From Chromatiales bacterium (GTDB taxonomy: Bacteria > Pseudomonadota > Gammaproteobacteria > Chromatiales > Chromatiaceae): a DNA stretch of 64,000 nucleotides. A program made the position numbers and the translations under genes. The notes under the pieces are model-generated. The model worked only from the letters and a program-made list of their open reading frames with translations. It ran no database searches and had not been told where the DNA came from. Shown piece by piece: positions 48,149 through 59,215 of the stretch. Position 1 is the stretch's first letter. Each line of letters begins with the position of its first letter. The stretch lies in assembly GCA_028284585.1 (NCBI GenBank), contig JANQRK010000008.1, positions 1,695-65,694 on the forward strand, in the 5' to 3' direction.

Positions 48149-50185
48149 ATGCCCCTCGCCGGCTGCGACCGCGCTCATGGAGACCTCATGCAACACCCCA
48201 GTGGCAGGATGAGCGACCTGCACACCAGTTCGCGATTCGAACCGAGTGACGCGCTGCCTCGGCCACGCCGACCTGCTCGTCGTGGCCTGCTGCGATCGAT
48301 GTTTTTCCAGGCAGAGGCCGAGGTGACGCAGGAGCAAGGACAGGCCCTAGCTCGGATCGTACTGGCCGCCTTGGGCACCCTACTATTTTTTATGGCGCGC
48401 CAATTCGGCTATGGGGATCAGCCTTTGCTGGTGGCATTGGCCTACATGCTGGCGAGTTTTTTCTATTTGTCGTTCGTATCACGCAACAAAGAGCGCTATC
48501 TATGGCGGCGCTATGTACTCATCTTGCTCGATCTGGCAGTGGCGACGTACATCACGGCCTATTTTTCTTCGGCCGGGCTGGCTTTCTACCCGCTGTTCCT
48601 CTGGGTGATGATCGGTAACGGGATCCGCTACGGCGAGCGCTGTATGCAATTTGCGACCCTGTTCGGCCTGCTGAGTTTTAGTGGCGCAATGGCTATCAGT
48701 GGGTTCCTCTGGGAGCACCCGGGCACCTATCTCGGGTTGATGATCGGGCTGGTACTGATGCCCAAGTTCTTCATGGTGATGATCGACCGGCTCAGTGCGG
48801 CCAATATCGAACTCAAGGTCCAGAAAGAGCAGGCCGAGTTCATGGCCACCCATGATGTGTTGACCGGATTGCCGAATCGGGCCTATCTGCATACTCGAAT
48901 GGAGCAGACCTTGGCCGACGCCAAACGCACCGATACGCAGGTGGCCGTGGCCTTCATCGACCTGGATTCGTTCAAGTCGATCAACGACAGCTTTGGCCAT
49001 GAGTATGGTGATTTTCTACTTTGCCAGGTGGCCGATGCGATGCGCGGGGTGCTGCGTGCCGGCGACACCGTATCGCGGTTGGGCGGTGACGAATTCGTGG
49101 TCGTGGTCGAGGATTCAGACGACGGCGTACGAGTCAGTCGGGTGATCGAGCGCTTGTTTTCCTGCGTCGGGCGCTACTACACGATCGGTGAATATGAAAC
49201 CTATGTCACCTGGAGCTGTGGCGTGGCTGTGTATCCACGTGATGGCACGGATATTCACAGCCTGTTGAAGCATGCCGATACCGCAATGTACGCCGCCAAG
49301 TCTCAGGGGACGAATCGATTCGCTTTCTATGATGCGGCGATGTCTGCCCGAGTCGGGGAGCAGTTGGCCTTGCGCGATGATTTGCGCCAGGCACTGGATC
49401 GCGACCAGCTTGAGGTCTATTTCCAGCCGATCATCGATGTCCACACGGGCCGCGTAGTCTCGGCCGAGGCCCTGTTGCGCTGGCATCATCCGCAAAAGGG
49501 GACCTTGTCACCCGTGTGTTTCATCGAGGTGGCTGAGCAGAGTGGCCTGATCAACCCTATCGGTGAATGGGTGCTACGTGAGGCGCTGCGCATGGCGGTG
49601 CGCTGGCGCGCGCAGAGCGCTTCCGATTTCAAAGTGCATGTCAATGTCTCAGCACATCAGTTAAGGCAAGCTGGTTTCGAAGGTCTGGTTGCATCTTCAC
49701 TGCGTAGTGCCGGTCTGCCATCGCAGACACTGGAGCTGGAAATGACCGAGAGTGCGTTGATCGAAGACAGCGCACGCACCGGCGCCTTGCTCGAGGCCCT
49801 GAAGGCGATAGGCGTCAAGATTGCACTGGACGATTTTGGCACCGGATTCTCGTCGTTGTCCTATTTGAAATCGCTACCGGTCGACTCGATAAAGATCGAC
49901 AAGTCGTTCATCGACGACCTGCCCGCGGGCGGACGTAGCGGGGCATTGGTCGAGTCGATCCTGATGCTCGGCAAGCGACTCGACAACCACATCGTTGCCG
50001 AGGGGGTCGAGCGGCAGGCGCAGTTGGAGTGGCTGATTGCGCATGGCTGCCGCTACCTGCAGGGCTTTCATTTCAGCCCGCCAGTCCCCATGGAGCGTTT
50101 TCTGGCGCTGGCCGGCACCCGCTTCGAGATTTCCTCTGCATACCAACCGCCGCGCCGTGCCGATTGGGCCCAGCGTTCCCACTGA
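48149..50185 (+). CDS. Membrane-bound diguanylate cyclase/phosphodiesterase (TM sensor-GGDEF-EAL)
   Basis: 5-6 TM with LWVMIGNGIRYG; RAGD-TVSRL-GGDEF; AEALLRW, DDFGTGFSSL, KIDKSF, EGVE; true start may be 48188 or 48209. Confidence 0.93.
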   Translation: MPLAGCDRAHGDLMQHPSGRMSDLHTSSRFEPSDALPRPRRPARRGLLRSMFFQAEAEVTQEQGQALARIVLAALGTLLFFMARQFGYGDQPLLVALAYMLASFFYLSFVSRNKERYLWRRYVLILLDLAVATYITAYFSSAGLAFYPLFLWVMIGNGIRYGERCMQFATLFGLLSFSGAMAISGFLWEHPGTYLGLMIGLVLMPKFFMVMIDRLSAANIELKVQKEQAEFMATHDVLTGLPNRAYLHTRMEQTLADAKRTDTQVAVAFIDLDSFKSINDSFGHEYGDFLLCQVADAMRGVLRAGDTVSRLGGDEFVVVVEDSDDGVRVSRVIERLFSCVGRYYTIGEYETYVTWSCGVAVYPRDGTDIHSLLKHADTAMYAAKSQGTNRFAFYDAAMSARVGEQLALRDDLRQALDRDQLEVYFQPIIDVHTGRVVSAEALLRWHHPQKGTLSPVCFIEVAEQSGLINPIGEWVLREALRMAVRWRAQSASDFKVHVNVSAHQLRQAGFEGLVASSLRSAGLPSQTLELEMTESALIEDSARTGALLEALKAIGVKIALDDFGTGFSSLSYLKSLPVDSIKIDKSFIDDLPAGGRSGALVESILMLGKRLDNHIVAEGVERQAQLEWLIAHGCRYLQGFHFSPPVPMERFLALAGTRFEISSAYQPPRRADWAQRSH

Positions 50186-50293
50186 GTCGTGCGTGCCCCC
50201 AAATTGGCCACGCCAGGTCGTGTTGTGTACGCCGGTATCTGCTAGCTTTGGCCTCTCACACCAAGTAATACCAACAGCGTAGAGGAGCAGCCG

Positions 50294-50497
50294 ATGTCAG
50301 TGGCGAAAGTAACCGAGATCATCGCTTCGTCAGAAACCAGCTTCGACGATGCCGTCAAGCAAGGTATCGAGCGTGCGACCAAGACACTCAAGGGCGTCAG
50401 CTCGGCCTGGGTCAAGGATCAGCAGGTCGTCGTGAACGACGGAAAAATCACCGCCTATCGAGTCAACCTCAAGGTGACCTTCGTGCTCAACGACTGA
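50294..50497 (+). CDS. Dodecin (flavin-binding) family protein
   Basis: SVAKVTEIIASSETSFDDAVKQGIERA...AYRVNLKVTFVL. Confidence 0.92.
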   Translation: MSVAKVTEIIASSETSFDDAVKQGIERATKTLKGVSSAWVKDQQVVVNDGKITAYRVNLKVTFVLND

Positions 50498-50526
50498 GCT
50501 GCCGCCGATGCGATGTCTCGTTCACG

Positions 50527-51069
50527 CTAGCCGCTGAAGGCCTCGGCCGAAGCCAGATAGTCCAGCTCGTCGGGCGTACTGGCCCGGCCGAGGATCGCAT
50601 TGCGGTGCGGGAAGCGCCCGAAGCGTCGAATCAGATCGCGGTGATGCCGGGCGAATCGGGCGTTCGCCACGAGCCCTGCGGCCTCGAATAGCTGCACCGC
50701 GCGGTCCTGATGCGACCGGTCTTCGCTGTGCATCAGCGGCATGTACAAAAACGCCTGGTGGTCGTTCTCGAGCTGCTGGTCGAGTCCGGCATCGACTGCG
50801 TCGAGCGCTATCTGCACAGCCTTTGCCTCGGTTGCGAAGGCCTTGGGAGTCCCGCGATACATGTTGAGCGGCAACTGGTCGAGTACAACCACCAGGGCCA
50901 ACGCACCCTCGGCGCTCGCCGACCAGTGGTCATACTCGCCGTTAGCCGCCCGATGCCACAATGACTCAAAGCGGGTGCGGATTTGCTCATCAAGTTCCGG
51001 CGTCGAGCGAAACCAGCGTTTTTGCATTCCGTCGGCAAACCAAAATGCCAAGACGTCTTTGGGATCCAT
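50527..51069 (-). CDS. DUF924 family protein
   Basis: VLAFWF, LDQLPLNMYRGTPKAFATE, FLYMPLMHSE, RFGRFPHRNAILGRAST. Confidence 0.93.
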   Translation of the reverse strand: MDPKDVLAFWFADGMQKRWFRSTPELDEQIRTRFESLWHRAANGEYDHWSASAEGALALVVVLDQLPLNMYRGTPKAFATEAKAVQIALDAVDAGLDQQLENDHQAFLYMPLMHSEDRSHQDRAVQLFEAAGLVANARFARHHRDLIRRFGRFPHRNAILGRASTPDELDYLASAEAFSG

Positions 51070-51128
51070 GGTGCAATATTCGCACAGGTTGTCCGCGGGC
51101 ACGCAGTGACCTGGCGGGGTGCTGCGTG

Positions 51129-54100
51129 CTACGCAATAGGTTTGTGCAGGTGCGCCGGGCGTTGTTCGAGCACCGGGTGGTGTCGCCTCCAGAGCAGGTA
51201 GACGCTCGGGATCACGAACAAAGACAACAAAGGAGCCGTGATCATTCCGCCGATCATCGGCGCCGCGATCCGGCGCATCACCTCGGAACCGGTGCCTTCA
51301 CCGAAAAAGATGGGTAGCAGTCCGGCGACGATCACCGCGACCGTCATCGCCTTGGGTCGTACCCTTAGCACGGCACCCTCGATGATCGCGGCCCGCAGAG
51401 CCTTTTCATCAACTGGGCCCTGAGCGGTGCGCTCGCGCAAGGCGGCTTCCAAGTAGACCAGCATTATCACGCCGAACTCGGCAGCGACCCCGGCCAGCGC
51501 GATGAAGCCGACGCCGACGGCGACCGAGAGATGATAGCCGAGCAGGAAGATCAGCCAGAAGCCACCGACCAGCGCGAACGGCAGCGAGGCCATCACGATC
51601 AGTGCCGGAGTGACTTGGCGGAAGGTCAGATAAAGCAACACTAAGATAGTCAGCAATGTCAGCGGTATAACTTGCGCGAGCTTGGTCTGCGCGCGCAGCA
51701 TGTACTCGTACTGCCCCGACCAGGTGATCGAGTAACCGGCCGGCAGGTCAATCCCTCCGCGCACGGCGCGCTGGGCATGCGCTACATAACTGCCCAGATC
51801 GACGTCTCGGATGTCCACGAAGGTCCAACCATTCAGCCGCCCGTTCTCACTTTTGAGCATCGGCGGGCCGTCGACGATCCGGACCTCGGCGACCTGGGCC
51901 AGCGTGATTTGCGCGCCCGTTGGCGTGGCCAGCGGCAGGGCGCGCAGCCGTTCGAGGTTGTCTCGCCGCTCGCGTGGAAAGCGCAGGTTGACCGGATAAC
52001 GCTCCAAGCCTTCAACTGTCTGGGTGATATTGATACCGCCGACCGCGGCCGCGATGACCTGATTGAGGTCGTCGATACTAAGCCCATAGCGCGCCGCGGC
52101 CAGCCGATCCGGCACGATGTCGATATAGCGTCCACCGGTGACCCGCTCAGAGTAGGCCGAAGCGGTGCCCGGCACGTCGAGCAGTACCTGCTCGATGGCA
52201 CGCCCGATACGCTCGATCTCCGCCAGATCCGGGCCGGCGACCTTGATCCCCACCGGGGTCTTGATCCCGGTGGCGAGCATATCGATTCGGGTCTTGATCG
52301 GCATCACCCAAGCGTTGGTGACACCGGGATACTGCACTGCGGCATCCAGTTCGGCGATGATCGCCTGGGTGGTCATGCCCGGGCGCCAGGCAGTCCTCGG
52401 CTTGAGTTGGATAACGCTCTCGATCATGGTCAATGGCGCCGGGTCGGTGGCGGTGTCGGCCCGCCCGATCTTGCCGAACACTTGGGCGACCTCGGGCACC
52501 TGCCGGATCAGGCGATTGGTCTGCTGCAACAGTTCCTGCGCCTTGCCGATCGACAGCCCGGGCAGCGTGGTCGGCATGTACATCAGGTCGCCTTCGTCGA
52601 GCGCGGGCATGAACTCCGAGCCCAGCCCATCCGCAAAGCGCGCCAACCAAGGTGTTGTCCGAAAGGTATGTTGCCATCGCGTAACCAGGCGCCGCTGCAT
52701 GGCCTCCATCCGGGCGACGCCTGGTTGGTCGTCCCCGGTCAAGGTCTCGATGGCCTGGAACGGCCACTTGAGTGGCGCCAAGAGCCCGCCGATGCCGCCG
52801 AGCGGGATCGCCAGGCTCAGGGTTGTCAGCAGTGCGATCAGCAGGGCCGTCTTGGGCGTGTTCAACACGCGGTTCAGCAGCGGGCGATACAGCCAAATCA
52901 AGACACGATTGAGTGGGTTTCGGTGTTCATCGGGTAGGCGACCGCGGATGAAGTAGCCCATCAGTACCGGCACCAGGGTGACGGCGAGGCCGGCCGAGGC
53001 CGCCATGGCATAGGTCTTGGTATAGGCCAGGGGGGAGAACAGCCGACCTTCCTGGGCCTCGAGGGCGAATACCGGCAGGAAGCTCAGAGTGATGATCAGC
53101 AACGAGAAGAACAAGGCCGGCCCTACCTCGCAGGCGGCGCGCGTGATCAATTCCCAGTGTTCATTACCGCGTGGATTGCACCCGTGCCGCTGGCGATAGC
53201 GTTCGAGGTGCTTGTGAGCGTTTTCGATCATCACGATAGCAGCATCGACCATGGCACCGATCGCGATGGCGATACCGCCCAGTGACATGATGTCTGCATT
53301 GATGCCCTGCTGGCGCATGATGATGAATGCAGCCAATATGCCAAGCGGCAGGGTCACGATCGCGACCAGCGCCGATCGCAGATGGAACAGGAAGGCCACA
53401 CAGACCAGCGCTACCACGAGCAGCTCCTCGACCAGCTTGTCTTGCAGGTTGTGCACCGCGCGCTCGATCAGTGCCGAGCGGTCGTAGGTGTCGACGATCT
53501 CGACTCCAGGTGGCAGGCCCTGGCGCAACTGGTCGAGTTTGTCTCGCACCCGTGCGATCGTGGCCAGCGCGTTCTCACCGGAACGCATCACGATGATCCC
53601 GCCGGCCACCTCGCCCTCGCCATCGAGATCGGCCACCACTCGGCGCATCTCGGGCCCGATCTGCACTCGCGCGATATCGCGTAGCAGCACCGGGGTACCG
53701 GCTGCATCGACCTGGACCGGGATGTGCTCGAGGTCTTTGAGGCCGCGCAAGTAGCCACGGGTGCGCACCATGTACTCGGCCTCGGCCAACTCGATGACCG
53801 AGCCGCCGACCTCGCGGTTGGCTGCGCGGATCGCTGCCGACACGCTGGCAAGCGCGATGCCGTAGGCACGCAGCTTGTCCGGGTCCACGACGACCTGGTA
53901 CTGGCGCACCATGCCACCGACGCTCGCTACCTCGGCGACACCGGGCACGGCCTGTAGTTCGTATTTGAGGAACCAGTCCTGCAGGCTGCGCATCTCGGCC
54001 AAGTCGTGCCGTCCGCTGCGATCGACCAAGGCATAGCTGTATACCCAACCGACCCCTGTCGCGTCCGGCCCGAGACGGGGCTGCACGCCGTCCGGTAGGT

Positions 54101-54458
54101 CGGCGGTGGCCTGGTTGAGGTACTCGAGCACGCGCGCCCGTGCCCAATAAAGGTCTGTGCCGTCTTCGAAGATCACATAGACATAGGAATCGCCGAAGAA
54201 GGAATAGCCGCGCACGACCTGAGCGCCCGGGACCGCGAGCATGGTGGTTGTGATCGGGTAGGTGACCTGCTCCTCGACCACCCGTGGTGCTTGGCCTGGA
54301 AACCCGGTGTGGATGATGACTTGGACGTCGGACAGGTCGGGGATGGCGTCCAAGGGTGTCTTGTGCAGCGCAAGCCAGCCCCACCCAGTGATCACCAGCG
54401 CGGCGAGCAGGACCAGGAAGCGGTTGTGTACGGACCAAAGGATGACTCTTTGCAGCAT
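51129..54458 (-). CDS. cusA: CusA/CzcA-family heavy-metal efflux RND transporter
   Basis: [62 protein letters not shown]. Confidence 0.96.
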   Translation of the reverse strand: MLQRVILWSVHNRFLVLLAALVITGWGWLALHKTPLDAIPDLSDVQVIIHTGFPGQAPRVVEEQVTYPITTTMLAVPGAQVVRGYSFFGDSYVYVIFEDGTDLYWARARVLEYLNQATADLPDGVQPRLGPDATGVGWVYSYALVDRSGRHDLAEMRSLQDWFLKYELQAVPGVAEVASVGGMVRQYQVVVDPDKLRAYGIALASVSAAIRAANREVGGSVIELAEAEYMVRTRGYLRGLKDLEHIPVQVDAAGTPVLLRDIARVQIGPEMRRVVADLDGEGEVAGGIIVMRSGENALATIARVRDKLDQLRQGLPPGVEIVDTYDRSALIERAVHNLQDKLVEELLVVALVCVAFLFHLRSALVAIVTLPLGILAAFIIMRQQGINADIMSLGGIAIAIGAMVDAAIVMIENAHKHLERYRQRHGCNPRGNEHWELITRAACEVGPALFFSLLIITLSFLPVFALEAQEGRLFSPLAYTKTYAMAASAGLAVTLVPVLMGYFIRGRLPDEHRNPLNRVLIWLYRPLLNRVLNTPKTALLIALLTTLSLAIPLGGIGGLLAPLKWPFQAIETLTGDDQPGVARMEAMQRRLVTRWQHTFRTTPWLARFADGLGSEFMPALDEGDLMYMPTTLPGLSIGKAQELLQQTNRLIRQVPEVAQVFGKIGRADTATDPAPLTMIESVIQLKPRTAWRPGMTTQAIIAELDAAVQYPGVTNAWVMPIKTRIDMLATGIKTPVGIKVAGPDLAEIERIGRAIEQVLLDVPGTASAYSERVTGGRYIDIVPDRLAAARYGLSIDDLNQVIAAAVGGINITQTVEGLERYPVNLRFPRERRDNLERLRALPLATPTGAQITLAQVAEVRIVDGPPMLKSENGRLNGWTFVDIRDVDLGSYVAHAQRAVRGGIDLPAGYSITWSGQYEYMLRAQTKLAQVIPLTLLTILVLLYLTFRQVTPALIVMASLPFALVGGFWLIFLLGYHLSVAVGVGFIALAGVAAEFGVIMLVYLEAALRERTAQGPVDEKALRAAIIEGAVLRVRPKAMTVAVIVAGLLPIFFGEGTGSEVMRRIAAPMIGGMITAPLLSLFVIPSVYLLWRRHHPVLEQRPAHLHKPIA

Positions 54459-54468
54459 GCTATGGCCC

Positions 54469-55740
54469 TCAGTGTCGATGGCCGCCGGCCGGCGAGTTAG
54501 CTTCTTGCATGCGTAGGAAGCTGGCCTGCAAGCTGGATTCCGAATCGATCAGAAACTGTCCGGAGACCACGACTTGGTCACCCGGCGCCAGGCCGCTGAG
54601 GATCTCGACCTGCCCGTTGCTGGTCATGCCGGTGGTGACGTCCATCGCGCGGAAGCGCCCATCACCCAGTGCGCGTACCACACTCGATCGCCGGCCGGTT
54701 TCGATCACCGCCTCGGCCGGGACTGCGAGTACCTGGCGTTTGGGGCCTCCATAGATCACTACTCTGGCGAACATGTGCGCCTTGAGTAGTCCGTCCCGGT
54801 TGTCGAAGGCCAAGCGCACCTTGAGCGTGTGCGATCTTGGGTCGAGTTCCGGGTAGATGTACTCGACTGCGCCTTTCCAGACCCGTCCCGGGTAGGCCGG
54901 TACCCTGATCTCGGCACGCGCCCCGCTACGCAGCCAGTCGATCTGGTGCTCATAGACGTCGACCATCACCCAGATTCGCGTTAGGTCGGCGATGGTCAGA
55001 ATCTCCATCTCCGGGGTTACATACATCCCCTGGCGCACGCCGAGTCGGGTGACCACGCCACCGGCGTTGGCGACGATGGGTACGCGATTGAGCGACTTGC
55101 GGCGCCGCTGGATCGAAGAGATGGTGTCCTCGGTGACCCCGAGCAGGCGCAGGCGGTTGCGTGCCTTGTCTATCCTGATTCGGCTTCCCGACTGGTCCAG
55201 CGCGATCAGAAAATCGACCTGGGCGGACAGGATCTCTTCGGAGTACAGCTCTCCGATCGGTTGACCGCGTTGTATCGGGTCGCCCTCGGCGCGCAGCTTT
55301 AGGGTCTCCATCCAGCCGGTGGCCCGTGGGTGGACATGGGCCAGCCGGGTCTCGTCATAGGTAACTCGTCCGACCGTCTCGATGTGGCGCCACAGCGTCG
55401 TGGAACGCGCCGGCGCGGTGCGCACGCCGAGGCTGTTGATCACCGCGTTGCTGATCTCAACGGTCGGGGTGTTGCCGTGCTCTGCATCGATGATCTTCTG
55501 CACCAGGTCCATACCGCAGATCGGGCAACTGCCTGGTACCTCGCGCACGATGTGGGGGTGCATTGGGCAGACGTATTTGGCGTCACCCTGATGGGTGGCT
55601 TTGCCTAAGGTGTTGTCGCCCGCAGGCATGGTAAGTAGATCGGCTAGGGGTGCAGTGTCGGGTGCCGATCTGCCGTCTTCACAGCCGGACAGTAGAAGCG
55701 CTGCACAGGCGGCGCATACAAAATGTGTGTAAGTGTTCAC
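54469..55740 (-). CDS. cusB: CusB-like efflux adaptor with N-terminal metal-binding domain
   Basis: Lipobox LLSGC; YVCPMHP...CPICGM; [15 protein letters not shown]; YIYPELD. Confidence 0.92.
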   Translation of the reverse strand: MNTYTHFVCAACAALLLSGCEDGRSAPDTAPLADLLTMPAGDNTLGKATHQGDAKYVCPMHPHIVREVPGSCPICGMDLVQKIIDAEHGNTPTVEISNAVINSLGVRTAPARSTTLWRHIETVGRVTYDETRLAHVHPRATGWMETLKLRAEGDPIQRGQPIGELYSEEILSAQVDFLIALDQSGSRIRIDKARNRLRLLGVTEDTISSIQRRRKSLNRVPIVANAGGVVTRLGVRQGMYVTPEMEILTIADLTRIWVMVDVYEHQIDWLRSGARAEIRVPAYPGRVWKGAVEYIYPELDPRSHTLKVRLAFDNRDGLLKAHMFARVVIYGGPKRQVLAVPAEAVIETGRRSSVVRALGDGRFRAMDVTTGMTSNGQVEILSGLAPGDQVVVSGQFLIDSESSLQASFLRMQEANSPAGGHRH

Positions 55741-55835
55741 TTTTTATATCTCCAAACAAGCAATAGGCATACATGCCAATGGCCCCGCTGTGGACCGGAA
55801 GGCTCGGCAGCGGTGGTCGGATGGCTAGCCGGTGC

Positions 55836-56240
55836 TTAGCTCAGGAGATGAATCGGGGGACGAAACCGGCCCTCGCCGGGTGATTCGGGCAGGCGGGTAG
55901 TGAGGCCATCGCGCAGCGGAGCCCCAGACGGCGTGTTATCGACCACCGACTCGGGTGGGCCGGAGATACCGGCGGGCACCGACTGAGCCGGGCAGGGACA
56001 GTGCGCCGCCGTCGCATCGCCAGTGCAATGCGGGGTGGTTGGAGGCGCCTGAGACGTGAGGTCGCCCATCGAGTGGCAAGGTGGTGTGCTCAGGGCCGCA
56101 GGATCGGAGTCTGGCAGGCAGGTCTTCGCCAGGGTTTGTGTGGCCGAGAGCAGCGGTGACAGCGCAATCAACAAGGCCAGCGCCATGCTGAGACAGCGCG
56201 TTGCGGAGTGGCTAGGTCGTTGCTTGCGGTACGGATTCAT
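55836..56240 (-). CDS. Small exported Cys/His-containing protein, CopL-like
   Basis: Hydrophobic leader, PCH...HC...HCPCP, ends FRPPI; located directly upstream of cusB. Confidence 0.55.
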   Translation of the reverse strand: MNPYRKQRPSHSATRCLSMALALLIALSPLLSATQTLAKTCLPDSDPAALSTPPCHSMGDLTSQAPPTTPHCTGDATAAHCPCPAQSVPAGISGPPESVVDNTPSGAPLRDGLTTRLPESPGEGRFRPPIHLLS

Positions 56241-56297
56241 CGCTCGTTGCGCGACAGATTGGGGGAGGGCCCCCGGGTTGGATGCCTTCGGCCACGG

Positions 56298-56591
56298 CTA
56301 GCCGCCAGGGTTGCCGGCCCGGTCGACTCGACCGATTGCGCAACTCACGAATGATTTGGCCTTTGCGGCAGCAGACTTAAATCCCTCGACTGAACCCACC
56401 TCGGGGTAGCCCAGCGCGGTGAGGGCCTGGACCGCCTGGGCGCGGCCCGCCGGGTCGCCCTGGATGCGCACCGCACCCTGTTCGACATCGATCGTTACCG
56501 CCTCGACCAGCGCATGATTTAACAGACGGTGGCGAATCGAATTAGCGCAGCCGCCACACTTGATGTTTTCGACAGCGATGCTGTAAGTCAT
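56298..56591 (-). CDS. Heavy-metal-associated (CopZ-like) protein
   Basis: VENIKCGGCAN (CxxC); AKAKSFVSCAIGR tail. Confidence 0.88.
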   Translation of the reverse strand: MTYSIAVENIKCGGCANSIRHRLLNHALVEAVTIDVEQGAVRIQGDPAGRAQAVQALTALGYPEVGSVEGFKSAAAKAKSFVSCAIGRVDRAGNPGG

Positions 56592-56769
56592 GGTCGTCCC
56601 CCAGTAAATTGACTGAGTCGATACTTCCTATGATGGCCCCGGCGTTATATTGGTTCAATCGGGGCCGGGATTGGCGTACCTGCTGACCCAATGCTCATGT
56701 CGCAACACTGCTGGCTGCCGCGCCAAGTCATTCGCTCTGTTAGGTGCTGCTGGGTCTGGGGCCAGGGCG

Positions 56770-57771
56770 CTACTCCGCTTTTGCCTGGCGACTCAGTAGG
56801 TTGTGCACGGCCGTCTTCGGCCGAAGACCCTCATAGAGCACCTGGTAAGTCTGCTCAGTTATCGGCATCTCGACGCCAAAGCGCTGCGCCAACATGCGCA
56901 CCTCGCGCGCGGTCGCTATCCCCTCGACCTCTTGCCCGATTTCACGTCGTGCGGCGGCGATGTCGCGGCCATCGGCCAACGCCAGGCCTAGGCGTCGGTT
57001 ACGCGACTGGTCGTCGGTACAGGTGAGGGCCAGGTCGCCCAGTCCGGCCAGACCCATGAAGGTGTCATGTCGTCCGCCCATCGCCAGGCCGAGCTGGGTA
57101 ATCTCATGTAGGCCACGCGTTATCAGCGCAGCGCGTGCATTGGCACCGAAGCCCAGACCATCGGATATGCCAGCAGCGATCGCCATGACGTTCTTGGTGG
57201 CGCCGCCGATTTGCACGCCGATCAAGTCGTCGCTGGTATAGGCGCGGAGATTGTCGCCGTGCAGGAAGGATACAACGCGCTCAGCGTGGCTCGGGTTGTT
57301 CGCGGCGACCGTAATCGCAGTGGGTAGTTTTCGTGCGACCTCATTGGCAAAGCTCGGGCCGGACAGTGCGGCAAGTTCGCAGCTCGGTAATTGGCGAGCC
57401 GCGACCTCACTGAGCAACTCGTGGCTGGCCGGGTCGAATCCCTTGGTGGCCCAGGCCAGCGCCGAGAGTTGCGGCCGAGCCACTGCGATCTGCTCGCAGA
57501 TCTTGGCAAAGGCGTGGCTGGGCACGGCTAGCAGGATATCGTCGGCGCTGCACACGCATGCCGGCAGGTCGAGCGACGGCGCGATACCTTCGGGTAGGGG
57601 TATGCCAGGCAGATAGCGCCGGTTTTCCCGGTCGCGGCACAGTGCCTCGACCTCGTCGGGATCGTGGCCCCATAAGACGACTTGGGCCCCCTTGCGAGCC
57701 AGGTGAATCGCTAATGCGGTCCCCCAGGATCCGGCGCCTAAGACTGCCAGCATACGGGCTGCGGTGGCCAA
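56770..57771 (-). CDS. gpsA: NAD(P)H-dependent glycerol-3-phosphate dehydrogenase
   Basis: GAGSWGTALA, ALSGPSFA, GGATKNVMAIAAG, GLAGLGDLALTCTDDQSRNRR. Confidence 0.97.
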   Translation of the reverse strand: MATAARMLAVLGAGSWGTALAIHLARKGAQVVLWGHDPDEVEALCRDRENRRYLPGIPLPEGIAPSLDLPACVCSADDILLAVPSHAFAKICEQIAVARPQLSALAWATKGFDPASHELLSEVAARQLPSCELAALSGPSFANEVARKLPTAITVAANNPSHAERVVSFLHGDNLRAYTSDDLIGVQIGGATKNVMAIAAGISDGLGFGANARAALITRGLHEITQLGLAMGGRHDTFMGLAGLGDLALTCTDDQSRNRRLGLALADGRDIAAARREIGQEVEGIATAREVRMLAQRFGVEMPITEQTYQVLYEGLRPKTAVHNLLSRQAKAE

Positions 57772-57772
57772 A

Positions 57773-58246
57773 TCAGTTCAAAGCTTCGCCCTGACCGGCT
57801 GCTGCCCGGTCCGATTTCTCTTGTCGCGTGCGCGCGAACATGGCTTCGAAGTTCACCGGTTGTAGAACCAGCTGTGGGAAACCACCACGGGTTACCAGAT
57901 CGGTTACCACCTCGCGGGCATACGGGAACAGTATGTTAGGGCCGGCGATGCCCATCAGTGATTCTTGCTCCTCCTCGTTGAACCCAGTTACGGTGAATAG
58001 GCCGGCGTGTTTAACCTCGACCAAGAAGACCGTCTTGGCGTCGTGTTTGGCATCGACACTGACGGTGAGAACCAGCTCCATCAAACCTTCACTGAAGGAT
58101 TTGTGCTCGGTGTTCAGGTTGATTTTTATTTCCGGCTTCCAGTTTTCTTGGAAGATTTGGGGGGTGGCGGGGGACTCGAAAGAGATGTCTTTCGTATAGA
58201 TTCGCTGCACTAGAAACTGCCGTGCGGGCTGCTGTTGTTCGCTCAC
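57773..58246 (-). CDS. secB: Protein-export chaperone SecB
   Basis: QRIYTKDISFESP, PNILFPYARE, RGGFPQLVLQPVNFEA. Confidence 0.97.
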   Translation of the reverse strand: MSEQQQPARQFLVQRIYTKDISFESPATPQIFQENWKPEIKINLNTEHKSFSEGLMELVLTVSVDAKHDAKTVFLVEVKHAGLFTVTGFNEEEQESLMGIAGPNILFPYAREVVTDLVTRGGFPQLVLQPVNFEAMFARTRQEKSDRAAAGQGEALN

Positions 58247-58271
58247 TGTGCTCTCCTAAAATTTAATGCGC

Positions 58272-58694
58272 TTAGGTGCGTTTCACCGGCAGATTGGCGC
58301 TTTCCCAGGCCATCATCCCGCCGCGTAGGTTTTTGACGTTTTCAAAGCCGTGTTTGCGCAGTCGGCGGCAGGCGCTGACAGACCGGGAGCCTGACTGACA
58401 CACGGCTAAGATGGGTTTCTTTCGATGTTTTTCGAGCTGTTTAAGGCTATTGCCGAGCCCATTTAAGGGGATATTGAGCGCGTTGACGATATGGCCGCGC
58501 TTGAACTCGGCCATCGAGCGTACGTCGACCACCACGGCGTCTTGGTGGTTGATAAGGGTGGTCGCACCCGCCGGGTCGACCCCGAACTTGCCACCAGGAT
58601 CGGCGATCAAGTGGATGATCAGGGCCAAGAGCACGGCGACGAAGGAGCCAACCAGGATGTAATGGTTGGAGGCGAACTCGATGATTTGATCCAT
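58272..58694 (-). CDS. Rhodanese-like domain protein (YibN-like)
   Basis: N-terminal TM, VVDVRSMAEFKRGHIVNALNIP, VCQSGSRS, LRGGMMAW; ATG 58694. Confidence 0.92.
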   Translation of the reverse strand: MDQIIEFASNHYILVGSFVAVLLALIIHLIADPGGKFGVDPAGATTLINHQDAVVVDVRSMAEFKRGHIVNALNIPLNGLGNSLKQLEKHRKKPILAVCQSGSRSVSACRRLRKHGFENVKNLRGGMMAWESANLPVKRT

Positions 58695-58811
58695 AGATAC
58701 CCCGCCAGAGCCGGCGCGCGGGCCGACATGGCAAACAACGGATGGGCGGCATGGGCCTGCCCTCAAGGTAAAAGACGACTGCCCGCAGGCACGCCACCGG
58801 GCGGGTGGCTG

Positions 58812-59168
58812 TCAGTGTTCCTGTGTGCAGAACACCTCGCGCATCATGCAGATCAGGCGCAGCGTGCGGCTGTCACTAACGCGATAAAATACCCGGTTGG
58901 CATCTTTGCGGGACGTGAGGATACCTTTATCGCGCAAGATCGCAAGGTGTTGCGAGATGTTGCTCTGTGAGGTCCCTACCTTGTCGACGATATCCTGCAC
59001 ACTCACCTCCTGGTCACCGAGCGTGCAGAGGATCTTAAGGCGCAGCGGATGCGACATGGCCTTGAGCGAGCGCGAGGCGCGATCGATGTCCTCGTCGCCT
59101 TTCAGCAGTGGGAGTTCTTTGTCAATTCCGTCATGCATGGCTACAACTGACTTTTCTTGAAGACTCAC
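58812..59168 (-). CDS. ArsR/SmtB-family regulator, BigR/SqrR-like
   Basis: LKAMSHPLRLKILCTL, SQSNISQHLAILR, terminal VFC; GGAGGAG RBS. Confidence 0.92.
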   Translation of the reverse strand: MSLQEKSVVAMHDGIDKELPLLKGDEDIDRASRSLKAMSHPLRLKILCTLGDQEVSVQDIVDKVGTSQSNISQHLAILRDKGILTSRKDANRVFYRVSDSRTLRLICMMREVFCTQEH

Positions 59169-59193
59169 TGGGATTCTCCTCCATCGGGCTATT

Positions 59194-59215
59194 TCATTAG
59201 CCTCTGATCTAATGA
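59194..59215. promoter_or_regulatory. Inverted repeat, putative ArsR-family operator
   Basis: TCATTAG-N8-CTAATGA, 25 bp upstream of the arsR-family start. Confidence 0.45.

Noticed and set aside
51672-52956. Plus-strand ORFs of 421 and 263 aa
   Set aside because: Antisense to cusA with no independent motifs
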